In this document: positions 26,626 through 39,600 of the stretch, one piece after another
Position numbering within the stretch: the stretch's first letter is position 1
How the letters are laid out: every line of letters starts with the position of its first letter
Source of the DNA: Azolla caroliniana
Taxonomy: Eukaryota > Plantae > Polypodiophyta
DNA length: 64,000 bases
NCBI GenBank assembly: GCA_043228905.1
Contig: JBHGNT010000005.1
Coordinates: forward strand, 15,996,001 to 16,060,000
Direction: 5' to 3'
Notes under the pieces: generated by a model
The model's database searches: none
The model's input: only the letters and a program-made list of their open reading frames with translations
What the model was told of the DNA's origin: nothing
Position numbers and translations under genes: made by a program

Positions 26626-28930
26626 GTATATTTGTTTCTTAAGGAGACATCTTATGGAAAGTTTAATTTCTTAGTATTATCATTCTATAAATTAATAAAA
26701 ACTATGAACAATTGTGCAAGATTCCGTAACTATTGGAGCGGAATACTTAGGAGATTTGTAGGTAGAAAATTTTGGAACTATCTCAATAAGCTTGAAAGCC
26801 TTAAAATCATGGTTGAGTATGTTTTATATGTATGTTTCCGCTATTTAAAAGTCATAATTTGCTTTGGTGGAGACAAATGTCAAAGGGGTTTAAGAATTTA
26901 TGACGCGATGACTTTTATTATTAAATGAAACATGACCTTAAGATATGTGTATGTTGTGAAGGATTAATTATCCTAAAACCTACATAATTCCAACTCGAAC
27001 TCCCGTCCAAAAACTACAGATGGGATTCCAGCCCAAGCTCCGGGTATAAAACTACGTAAGTGATTGCAACTCAAATTCTAGCCAACAAACCATATCGGGG
27101 ACCCTAACTCAAATCATAATTGAGTACATTTTTTAATATTGATGTGTATGAAATATAACCATTGGTTTAGCATAAAGAAATATTCAATGGGGTCTGGAAG
27201 ATGTTGCTTATTAGAGTGTCTAATTATTTCGAAATGTCATCATCCCTTGCCGACTCATTTGTGTTGTTAATATGACAATGCATATATTGTTGATTTTGTA
27301 GGAATGTGTGGCTTTCCAAATGAATCCCTTGGTCTTGTCTCAACTCCTCTCTATACAAATTGTTTCTAGCAATAATTTACTCATGGTTTGTAGTTATGAT
27401 TCTTGTCAACTAATTCCAAACATTCTTTTGGTGGTTTGTTTTTTTACCTCATGAACTTGGGGCATGGACATCTTTTAAGTTTGGGTTAGACATTGATCTG
27501 TACAAACATTCTTGAACTATTGGTAATATTTTGAACTTGGGCAATATTTTGATGAATCATCTTCAAATTTATATAGGTTTTTAAGCTTTTTCCTTGAAAT
27601 AGCCAATGGTTTGGTTTGAGCTTAACGAAGTTCTATAAACCATGGCTTAATGACTTATTAAACAATCTGGTTTGGCATAATTTAGGTTTGAAAACTAATA
27701 AATGGTTCGGTTTGGGTTTGAGGCTCAATAGTTTGGTTTGAGCGTTTATTGGCTTAATGGTATGACTTAATGACTTGACAATTTAAGGTGAGGAAGTTTT
27801 TCTAATATTGATTAAATAGGAATTTCACTTTATAAAGCTTTAGTTAAGAGCTATAGCCAATTGATTACTATAATAAGTTAGCATTTTAGGTTCAATATTT
27901 TCTCTTTTCTCAATTTACGGTTTAGGGTTTGGACATTCTAGACTCGTACTCTCCTTATTCAGGTTTATCACATTGATTTTTTTGTATTTTTTAAAAACTT
28001 CAAGATTAGATGAATTTGAATGTTTTTTATGCTCTACATTTGGGCAACGGTTGAAACTTTGAATCATTTGAGAAATTAGGTGTTTTATCAATATAGATTA
28101 TCTAATTGATTTCTTACTCAAAAGTGTAAAGGATTTAAGTGATTTGTTCAAAACATGATTTAAGTGTTTGTTAATAAATAAATAAATCTTTGAAAAATTG
28201 AGTGTTTAATCATTGATAATTTAAACAAATGAATTTTGCAGTTTAACACGTTAACAATTTAAAAAATCTCTTGAATTGTTTGATTTGAGCTTGAAAATCC
28301 CTCTAGAATTTCAATTACTTTAAACAACTTGGTTTGAAATGGTTTTAGACTCCCAAATCGAACCAACCAAACCCAACCATTAATGATTGACAGGTTTTTT
28401 CCTTAAACTATCCCTTTGCATTTGTTAGGTCTCCTATAATTTGCAATTTGAATGTAAACACGGTGCACAAATAATCTCTATTGCGTTTTACTCCACATTG
28501 AGGTTACCCATCACTAATATAATGCATTGCTAAAACAAACTTTGCATTATGCGTACTAGTAAATTGCAAAGTAGACAGTAGACATAACACTCGACATTGA
28601 GGATGTGTGGTTCACTTGTCCACGTAAATCGTTTCTCCCGTGCAAAGTAGACATACATATAGACATAATGCCCGACATTAAGGATGTGGGGTTCATTGTA
28701 AATCATTTTTCCTTAATAGTCAACCAGTGTTTTTTGTCATTGCGCCCTATTTGGGGTGCGCACAATCGATAAAGATAAGCAAGTTGGGGCACAAGGGTAC
28801 TACTTTGTCTCCGTTGGGCGAGGTTTAGTTTTTCTCGACCGAAGGTGTCATATGACGCAAATGCAAGAAATAAGAGAATGAAGGAGTAGTGCAAGAGACA
28901 AGAGAGAGAGAGAGAGAGAGAGAGACTTAC

Positions 28931-29349
28931 GTGTCACCGCTATGGCTCACAGCCTGGAGGAGGTTCCAAGTAATGCTATCGGAGTCGACGGAGACGGCCA
29001 CGAGGCCTTGGGCAGTGACCTGGCTGCCGAGAGCATGCCACGTGGGCTGGGCCCCGGGCACGGGGAAGAAGTGGTGGCCCACGAGGACATCGTGCGCCAC
29101 ATCAGCGTACAGCTTGGCGGTAGCGTTCACCAGGAGCCACGCGCTGCCGTTGAAGCCGTAGTGCTGGTGGCCCTCTGCGCTGTATGCCACGTGGAGGCGG
29201 TTGCCAGCTGGCACCGAGATATTGGCTGGGATCTGCACGCCGTCGAGCAGCTCGGCCCCTGACGTTGACGTGGCACTGGCCGTGGCTGCTACGTGGATCA
29301 TCATCGTGCAGGCCGCCACTACAACACATATCATTGCAAACCCCTTCAT
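28931..29349 (-). CDS. Exon 1 of a secreted DUF3455-like protein
   Basis: This GC-rich ORF has an N-terminal signal peptide (MKGFAMICVVVAAC...) and IPANISVPAGNRL...EGHQHY...W...A.LY...VGHHFF...PTW...SITWNLLQAVSHSG, which matches my recollection of the DUF3455 pattern. It ends at a GTAAGT donor (28930-28925) followed by (CT)n. The downstream exon was not found. Confidence 0.75.
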
Positions 29350-29845
29350 AATTCAATCGATCCCGATCCGATCTGATCCCGATATATATCTATAGTATTT
29401 TCTAGTCTCTCTGTGCCTAATTTTTTCTGTTCTAATCACTCTGCTGTGCCTTGTTTCTCTTTGCAGTTGGAACTGGTTTGGCCCTTCGGTGGATGGATGC
29501 GGTCTGTGTATGTGTTATGTGTATATGGATAAATGTGGAGGAGGAGGATCCTTAGATCTATTGTTTGTTTGAACGTTCCTTTTATGAACATGTATTTATT
29601 AAGTTATAGTCTCTGTCTCTGTCTCTCTGTGTAGAGACGTTCACTCCTCCTTAACCTTCTTCGATCCATCAGGTTCCTCTGACTCACCAGGTTGAATGGA
29701 ATTACTCTCTCTCCGTCTCTTTCTCTCCAGACATCTTCTCGATGACTAAGTCCCCCTCTTAAGATATATATGTACATATACATATATACATTATACATAT
29801 TTATATACACATAGAAAGCCCACTGTCGCATGAGGATGGAATTGG

Positions 29846-32213
29846 TCAATGTGTCACTAACTAACACGCTCTTTACCCGATATTATTTGCATATGTTGTT
29901 CAATGTGTCACTAACACACTCGCTTTTGATCCCGTTATAATTAACTTCTCAACACCTTCCCTATTCAATGACACATGCATAGTACCCAAGTTTTGCATTC
30001 CTTTGTGTAGGATTGTCTTCATCCAATGTCACTTCTTTGATCTCGTTTCCCACCTAATTAAATTAGGTCCCCCGTCATATCGATGCAATATTCGTGGTTT
30101 ATTATATTGTTCGACAAATATTGACATGTGCCACCCTTTTCTATATTGACGACATGATATGTCTATTATACGATGCACACAATTATAGAATCGAGTCAAT
30201 TCAGAACTTTGTTTTTGTAGATAATCTATTACGTTATCAACTGAAACTCTCAAACTTAACTTAGGTAAATTTTCTTTTGCTAAGGTAAAGGCATGAAAGT
30301 AGTCCATCATTAAATTCATCTAGGAAAAGAACAACAATAAAACAAAAAATTACTCACTCTCTTGTTCAAACCATTGTCATTCTGTCTATTAAAACCATTT
30401 AATGAATAAAAACATTGTTAGCAAATATCTTATCGTAATATTTTATTTTTGCGAGAATAATATAATCATTTACATGAAGGTATGCACATTTTTGTAACTT
30501 CTAAGAAACTCTATTTGACTATCAAACAAATATAACAAACAATATATATAGAAATTACAAACATGTACCACTTTCTCTTTTTTATCATTTTTCATATAAT
30601 AATGGCTTTCATTACGAAAGAAAAAACTCGACCATGACTAACGTACTACAAAGTAAAGAACCCTTCTATCTAGGGATCGAAAGACTATTACGTCTCCAAA
30701 CTCAATGCCACCTTATACACCATTTCAAATGGAGAACAAGGTGATATGTGACCTTCCAGAGTTCTCTCTCTTCATGGTTGAGATTTCATGACTTCTCTAG
30801 CAATCTCAATTGCCACAAAAGAAGTCCTTTTAACTTTAGAACGTTTTTTTCTCACCCCAACTTGCGAATTAAAATTGAAGGCATTCTACATATTCCAATT
30901 GAACCATAGCCCCCAATACCTCAAGAACTCAAAAATAATTTGGAAATGAGGCATTGGTTCATTGTTCTCCATATGTGCAAAAACCCAACTGAACGAAGAT
31001 AGCTCTACTCCAGTTAGAGATATTCTTCGCATATGTTGTTCAATGTGTCACTAACACGCTCCTTACCCGATATTCTTCGCATATGTTGTTCAATGTGTCA
31101 CTAACACACTCGCTTTTGATCCCGTTCTAATTAACTTCTCTATACCTTCCTTGTTCAATGACACATGCATTGTACCCAAGTTTTGCATTGCTTTGTGTAG
31201 CATTGTCTTCATCCAATGTCACTTCTTTGATCTCGTTTCCCACCTAATTAAATTAGGTCCCCCGTCTTATCGATGCAGTATTCGTGGTTTATTATTTGTT
31301 CGATAAATATTGACATGTGCTACCCTTTTCTAGATTGACGACATGATATGTCTATTATACGGTGCACACGATTATAGAATCGAGTCAATTCAGAACTTTT
31401 GTTTTTGTAGATAATCTATTACGTAGTCAACTGAAACTCTCAAATTTAACTTAGGTAAATTTTCTTTTGCTAAGGTAAAGGCATAATAGGAAAGTAGTCC
31501 ATCATTAAATTCAGCTAGGAAAAGAACAATAAAACAAAAAATTACTCAATCTCTTGTTCAAATCATTGTCATTGTGTCTATTAAAACCATTTAATGAATA
31601 AAAACATTGTTAGCAATATCTTATCGTAATATTTTATTTTTGCGAAAATAATATAATCATTTACATGAAGAGATGCACATTTTGTAACTTCCAAGAAACT
31701 ATATTTGACAATCAAACAAATATAACGAACAATATATATAGAAATTACAAACATGTACCACTTTCTCTTTTTTATCATTTTTCATAAATAATGGCTTTCA
31801 TTATGAAAGGAAAAACTCCACCATGACTAACTTACTACAAAGTAAAGAACCCTTCTATCTAGGGATCGAAAGGCTACTACGATTCCAAACTCAATGCCAC
31901 CCTATACACCAATTCAAATGGAGAACAAGGTGATATGTGACCTTCCAGAGTTCTCTCTCTTCATGGTTGAGATTTCATGGCTTCTCTAGCACTGTCAATT
32001 GCCACAGAAGAAGCCCTTTTAACTTTAGAACGTTTTTTTCTCACCCCAACTTGTGAATCAAAAGTGAAGGCATTTTGCATATTCCAATTGAACCATAGCC
32101 CTCAATACCTCAAGAACTCAAAAATAATTTGGAAATGAGGCATTGGTTCATTGTTCTCCATATGTGCAAAAACCCAACTGAACGAAGATAGTCGTACTCC
32201 AGTTAGAGATATC
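29846..32213. repeat. Tandem duplication of about 1.19 kb (about 29846-31023 and 31040-32213)
   Basis: The two copies are collinear, each running from TCAATGTGTCACTAAC to CCAGTTAGAGATAT with scattered substitutions. Confidence 0.92.
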
Positions 32214-32690
32214 CACATTGAACTGATACACCTCCAAACCATCCTTGCCATCGGGCATGAAAGAAATCATTGCCTACTATGTTCCAATTTCATCAAACAA
32301 AAGAAACATGATCCTTTAGTAATGTTTCTTGTTTTTAAAAGCATCCCCCAATGGTAAAGCTCCAATCATAACTCTCCAAATAAATACCTTAGCTTGTAGC
32401 ATTAATCGAGAACACCAACTTTCCTTGATCACATGAAACCACCAAGTAATGGACTTACAAAACCCCCATATTTTTATAACCCTTTCTTCCAACCACTTAT
32501 GTTTGTATATCAACTTGTCATAAGCAACATTTGTCGAGATCATACTACATAGTTAATCTCTTATTTCCAACAAACCTCCAATCAAGCTCTTGAGATCGCC
32601 CATCTAAATCAAGAATTGGCTCATACGAAGATAGTATTTCGTGTAACTTATCCCAAATAAAGGTATAACCTTTTGGAATACGAAATGTTG
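31830..32690 (-). mobile_element. LINE 3' fragment (zf-RVT region); its distal part is duplicated at about 30640-31020
   Basis: The minus strand reads SWCSRLMLQAKVFIWRVMIGALPLGD, typical of plant LINE ORF2 C-termini. Confidence 0.6.
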
Positions 32691-33064
32691 ATACCGCGTC
32701 CTTGTATTCAGCTTCAGTGCTCGATAGTGCTATGGTCGGTTGCTTCTTGCTACTCCAAGAGATGGCTCCACGTCTGAGAGAGAAGAAGGACCCTGAAGTC
32801 GAGTGTAAGTCGGCTTTGTAGCCAACCCAATCAACATTTGTGTACCCTTTGAGTCGAATCGTCATTGTTAACCTATAAAGAATGTCATAATCCATAGTGC
32901 CACTCGCGTATCATAATACTCACTTAGCACAATTTAGATGAATGTTAGTTGGCGATTGCATGAATTGGCTAAGGAGACCAATCGGATAATTGAGGTCTAG
33001 TCGGGTGATAGTGAGGTAGATTAAGATTCCTACTAGTTGCTGATAACGTGTCGGCTCACACTCT

Positions 33065-33310
33065 CATTGAATATGTTATGCAGAAGAATATGTGAGGACC
33101 TACAAGGTGATTTGAAGCAAATAACGTGTACAAGACAAAGATTCAGTAGAATGTGCACAATATAAAGGAAAGTAAGAAGCAAGAGAACTCAAATGAAGCT
33201 CTAATGAAACTTGTTATCCTCTTCTGTAATTCTCTCTCTCTACAATTTTACATTTGGGCTTATATATACTCAAGCCCTAACTTGAGGGAGTGTTCACACT
33301 TAAGGATACA
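33065..33310 (-). mobile_element. Short solo LTR inserted in Copia RT
   Basis: An exact 5-bp TSD ACTCT flanks it (33060-33064 and 33311-33315). The Copia reading frame rejoins when the insert is removed. Confidence 0.7.
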
Positions 33311-36183
33311 ACTCTGTGGTGCTAGAGTAGGCATCTAGCTTCATATTTCGATCAAGAGGGGTTGTTATTCAACTACATCCCAATCAGTATCCAACTGATG
33401 CTACTCGTGTGGGATTAGTGGGACAACATTAGCATGGTTTACACCACTTCTCGAGAAGAAATCACCGTTGTTGGAGGATTTTGAGGCATTTGTTAAGGAG
33501 TTTTAAGCTAGTTTCGGAGACACCGACAACACTAGGATAGCGATAAACAAGATTTGAAGGCTCAAACAAGGAGATTGTCCCGTGTCGGCTTATGCAGCTG
33601 ATTTCCGTTTCTTGGCCTTCGATATCCCTTGGGATGAGGTGGCCTTAATGGATCAAATCCGTCAAGGTTTGTGTAATGATGTCAAAGACCCGCTCCTTAC
33701 TTTCCCTGAAGATCCGAAGTCACTTACAGATGCCATTAGTCGAGCCGTGCGATGTGATAATCACGTATTTGAGTGACGTTCTGAATGCCAACAAATGTTA
33801 CGCCGTCAACCAAAACAGATTTACACTTCCGTAGTCGCAACACCTCCACTAGATTCCAGACCCATTACAAGAGATGGCCCAACTCTGATGGAAATAGAGT
33901 CAACACAACGTCATGGGCCTTTGTCATATGTTGAGAAGCAACGACATCGAGTGCATCACTTATGCTTGTATTGTGGCGGTCCAGGACATATAGCTGTAAA
34001 TTGTCCGCATAAACCTAGATGTCAAGTATACCAAGTAACTACACTAACAACACTACTTCGAGTTCAATTGTTACTTCTAATAACATAAGTAAGCTTTATA
34101 GTCCATGCCATGAGAATAGATTTGATGTCTTGAGCCAATTAGAGGATGTGTTAAAAGAGTAAGTCCGGCCAAAATAGGAGCCATTTGGTTGGACCATCCT
34201 AGCTATGTACAGTTTGTTCCTAGTCGTGGTTCCATTTCATCAAATCAAGTGAGTAGAGTTTTTTCTGCATAAGTCAAGCTTACCATATCTACATGTCATC
34301 AAGTCCTAGCCTCTACCCTCTTAGATTCTGGAGCCAACTCTTGTTTCATGGATCGTGAATTTGCATTGTCACAAAACATTCTCTTGAATAAGTTCCCAAG
34401 CCCAGTAGCCGTAGGAGTCATTGATGGCTGTTCCATAGCATGAGGAGATATAGTCGAGGAGTCTGAGCCAATTCGGATAGTTCTTGGCGGTTTGGCAAGC
34501 ATAATCTCTTTCAACATTATTCGCAGTTCGGAACACCCAATAGTTCTAGGTCTCCCTTGGTTTGAACTCCATCACCCGAAGATTGATTGGATGAAAAGAA
34601 CAATTGAGGAGACCAGGGAAAAAAGCACAAACCCCACATCCCTCAAATTTCCAACATGTGATACTAGATTCCCTGAGTTATCGACCATCTCTCTACGACA
34701 GTTGTGTGAGGAAGGGTGGAACGAGGCCATGTTCGTCTTCGCAATAGTAGTAACTCCATCATCCACTTTACATGAAGCAGACATTAAACTATTAGAGAAA
34801 TACAAAGAGTTCTCAGATGTCTTTGATATGGTGAAGACCAATACATTGTCGGAGCATCGGCCATACGACTGCCCTTTCGATTTACAACTAGGGAAAGAAC
34901 CTCCATGGGGCCCAATTTATAATCTCTCCCCTGTAGAGCTAGAGACTTTCCGGGAATATATCGATGAGAATCTGGCAAACGGATTCATTCGGCATTCTAG
35001 ATCCCTGTTGGTGCACCTATTTTCCTCGTTAAGAAAAAGAATGGGACTGTTCGGTTTGTCATGGATTATCGAGGGCTAAACAAAGTGACTATCCGGAATA
35101 GATATGCTCTACTGTTAATCTCGAATATTTTGGAACGTCTTAGTGGAGCAAAATATTTCACGAAGTTGGACCTTCGCGGTGCATATAATCTAGTTCGGAT
35201 TCGTTAGGGGGATGAATGGAAGACTGCTTTTCACACTCGCTATGGACATTTTGAGTATACTATGATGCCATTTGGCCTCACGAATGCACTTGCAGTTTTC
35301 CAACATATGGCGAATGATATTTTTCGAGACTTTCTCAATATCTTCACTATAGTTTACTTGGATGATATTTTAATCTACTCAAAGACCCAAGAGGAGCATG
35401 ATGAACATGTTCGTCAAGTACTACGTCGACTCTGAGAATATGGTCTCTACGCAAAATTAGAAAAGTGTAGTTTCGACTAGAATCAAGTGGAATTTTTGTG
35501 GTATGTTGTATCATCAAATGGTATTGCTATGGACCCCATGAAGGTGCAAGCAATTTTAGAGTGGCCGATGCCCCTTTCAATGCGCGATGTGTAATGTTTT
35601 CTCGGGTTTGCAAATTTTTATCAAAAATTTATTAAAGATTATTCCAAGGTCGTGCTTCCCCTCACTCAACTCACACACAAAAATCAGCCATTTATATGGA
35701 GTTCCGATGCAACCGAGGCATTCGAAAGCTTAAAACGAGTGTTTACAATGACACCTATCTTAGCACATGTTGACCCAACAAAATGCTTCATCCTTGAAGC
35801 CGATGCATCCAATTTTGCACTAGGGAGTCTCCTATTACAGACTGGAGATGATGGACAACTACACCCTGTCGCCTTTCATTCCCGAAAGTTTGAAGCTATA
35901 AAGATCAACTACGAGATCCATGACAAAGAACTTCTTGCAATTGTGGATTCTTTTCAGCAATGGTGAAATTTTCTAGAAGGTTCTTCTCAGTAGATCATTG
36001 TTTACAATGATCATAAGAACCTGACATATTTCCAAAATGCTCGTGTCTTGAGTCGGTGACAAGGCCGGTGGGCGTAATTTTTTACTCACTTTGACTTTGT
36101 CATCATATATTGCCCCGGGATGCAGCAAGGCAAAGCAGATGCTCTTTCTCGACGCTCTTATATGGAACTTCGTCCAGGGGAAA

Positions 36184-36622
36184 TGTTGTCCGCCGGAATA
36201 GTAACCGACGGACAAAAGCATAGGAATAAGAAATAATATAAGATCATAACGCATGTAACGGTTCACGCAGGAAGCGTGAACGACTAAATAGACCCTGCGT
36301 ATATAAAGGGCAGAAAACCTCTGATAGAGGTGCGTGTAATTTTGGGGAATGTAAGAGACATCTCATAATAGAATTCTATCTTCTCTGATTCTCTATGTAT
36401 AGCTACGGCTAATCCACTGTATGTATCTTGAAGACCTAAGCGTGTAAGAACGTAAGTGTAACCTTTACTGAGGATTCAGTTGTAGCCGTCTCCCTTATAC
36501 GCTGATAGGTTACAGGGAACAATCCCCTACGAATTACGCTTAGACGCCCATTCGTTGTTCCACACCCACTTGAAGGTCTAGGTCGAACGACTGACTGTGG
36601 ACCGTGTTCATAATCGGCAACA
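36184..36622 (+). repeat. 5' LTR (439 bp)
   Basis: It is a direct repeat of 51777-52215 and contains TATATAAAGG at about 36300. Confidence 0.93.
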
Positions 36623-36626
36623 CTTT

Positions 36627-36640
36627 TGGCACGCCTGGTG
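36627..36640 (+). promoter_or_regulatory. Primer-binding site, tRNA-Arg type
   Basis: TGGCACGCCTGGTG begins 4 nt after the LTR. It is complementary to the recalled plant tRNA-Arg(UCU) 3' end. Confidence 0.8.
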
Positions 36641-36676
36641 ATCTGTGTCTTCTCATAGACGAACAATGACGAATGA

Positions 36677-39600
36677 ATGTTTAGCCGCAGATGCCCCAAA
36701 GAACCAACACGACAAGACCGGCCAATAACAAGGTTCATCACACGCCAGGCAGAAGAACGCGCACAGCAAAAGCTGCGCCTCAGCAACCTTAGTACTACCT
36801 ACCGTGAGTACAAAGGTGATTCTTCGCCCTCCAAATACCTCGATGAGATGCGGAGACTACGCTCACTATAGCCACCCGGTGGTCTTTCTCGTCCCTCCGT
36901 AGCCCCCACCATGGCCTTTTCCTACCCCCGCTTTAACGGCGAAACCGACGCCGCAATGCATATTCGCATGTTCCTGAATGTCTGGAATGCGAACCACATG
37001 GCGCAAAGCCTTTTGGAGGCGGTAGCACACCAGTCAAAAATGACGGAGTTCGGCTTAATATTAGATGGGCGAGCGCATTTTGGCATTCACAGATGGATTT
37101 ACCAGCAATAACAACATTCGATCAGCTGCAGTCCGCGTTCTTGCGATTCTTCCATCGGAGGGTTCCACAACGCGAAATCCTCAGACAATTTTATACGATT
37201 AAGCAACTACGGATAGAGACGATAGCGGACTTCAGCTTACGTTTCCAAAATTTACGACGGAAACTGGAACGGAGCCCCGCGGAAGACGAGGCTCGGGAAA
37301 CATTTCTAGCAGCTTTACGCCGGCCCATCCGGGCAACAGTCAACAACAATAGCGTGAAAGGGGAAACGACGGATATGGTAATTGAACGGGCGTTGCAGCT
37401 CAAGTTGGATGACGTGGAGGAAAGGTTTTCTATGTCCTCACGTCAAGCGTTACCTCAGGATGAGGAACGCCAGTTTCGTCAAGCAATCTAGTGCACGATT
37501 TGCTTGAACTCGGGGCATTCCATAGTGGACTACAATATGCGAATCCACTGCCCAATTTGCCATTCGAAGGCTCACACAGTCGAGCAATGCGAGTACAATA
37601 AGTTAAACAGAGCCACTCCCACTGTCCGCAGCAAGGATACACAACGTCAACCACACCGGACTGAACAAAGGAAGCAAGAAGACCAACCCCGGTATAAGGA
37701 TCGCAACCCACGGGAGGACCGGTACCACCAGAATCGCCGAAATCACAACGATTCCGAGGAGGATGAACCAGAGGACGAGGATTATCGTGGACATCCGAGT
37801 TACGCCAAAGGGGGTCAGCGCTACGAGAATCAACGGCCGACAAACAAACGGGGCGGCTTCAATGGTTATCGTTGTAAGCCAAAGCAATATCGGGATCACG
37901 GGCGTTACGACGAAAGCTCGGGAGATGAGCGGCACCAAGAACAACGACAGGACCAATAGCAGCCACTGTGTACATTCCAACAAACGAGGCCAGACCGCGA
38001 GGACCAAGTAGCACCAGGGGAGCGGCACACACCATTAGGAGCCGAGAAGGGTGAATCAAGCATCCATTGTTTTATTTGTCAGCAACCTAGACATTATGCC
38101 ACACAATGCCCAGCACGCAAGGGAAAGGGGCCCGTTGTCAATACGATTACGGTACAGGTGCAGCAAGTCATGACACGCCAGCAAACAAAAACGGTTGATT
38201 GGGCTGTGCAAGACGAGGTATGCCGACAAGCCCAAGCGTGGGTGGAAAAAGCAAACGCGACAAATACAAAACGTATGCGGAAGGAGTCCGCGAACACAAT
38301 GGAGCGAGTAGAGGACGAAAGACCGGTCCCAGACCCCATTTGGCAGGCGTTAGCGGGCTGTGAGATAACGTTAACCATGGAGAAACTGCTGCAGCTAGTC
38401 CCATGCTTCCGCCAGACCATGGAAGAACGGGTGACAGGCATACCCGGGGTGAATATCGCTACAAACCTTACAGACGTTAGCAATGGACCGCCGGTAGTGG
38501 ATCAACACAACACGGCTATTACATTAATATTACACGGACAGGAAATTCCTTGATGTGTAATCGACGACGGCTCATGCGTCAATGTAATTAGCGCGAAAAC
38601 CTGCGAGCAGTTAGGCATTTCAGAATGGGTGGCTTGCCCATTCTGGATCCGAATGGCAGATACTCGCTCAATGCGACCATTAGGGTGAATTCACAAAATC
38701 GGCATTATCGTGGGTGGACACCGATTCGACATCTCGGTGGTCGTCCTCGCCTTGGACACCCCAAGGGCGTACCTAGTGCTTCTGGGCAGACTATGGCTTT
38801 GGGTAGCAATATCAAGCAGAGTTGGCAACACAAGTGTATTAGATTCCGACATGGACGCACCAAGGTTTGCGTACCTACGGAAGGAAGCATGCCACAACCG
38901 AAGGGTATAACACCATTATACGCAGAAGATATAAATATGCTAGTTGGGGTGGAGGATGCAGAATTAGAGGTATACCTAGACAAGCACCCTCGGATTATTC
39001 CGCTGTTTGAAATAGACATCATCGCAACCGCGGTAGAATATCCACGACCATTATTCTCCACGACGAGCCTTACGAACCAAACCCAGAGTCCATATTGGAA
39101 CTCAATAGAGCACGAGCGGCATTCGAAAGGGAAATGGAGATTTCATGACAAGTCACCGCTTCTGCCCTCAAAGAAGTAAATATGGGTACGGAATTGGAGC
39201 CTCGTTTCCTCTCCATCGCAAAGGAATTAAGGCTGGACCAACAAAAAACGATGATCGCACTACTCACGGAATATAAGGATGTGTTCGCTTGGGCTCACAA
39301 GGACATGAAGGGGTTAGATCCCATGTTCTATCAGCAGAGCACAGGCGGCATTCAAAAGGGAAATGGAGATTTCACGACGAGTCACCGATTCCGCCCTCGA
39401 AGAAGTAAATATGGGTATGGAATCGGAGCCTCGTTTCCTCTCCATCGCAAAGGAATTAAGGCCGGACCAGCAAAAAACGATGATCGCACTACTCACGGAA
39501 TATAAGGATGTGTTCGCTTGGGCTCACGAGGACATGAAGGGGTTAGATCCCATGTTCTATCAGCATAAGATCAATTTAGCAACCGACGCGAAACCCGTCC

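Noticed and set aside
27600-28415. Second MITE suggested by GGTTTGG/CCAAACC repeats
   Set aside because: No clear TIR pair or TSD could be identified.
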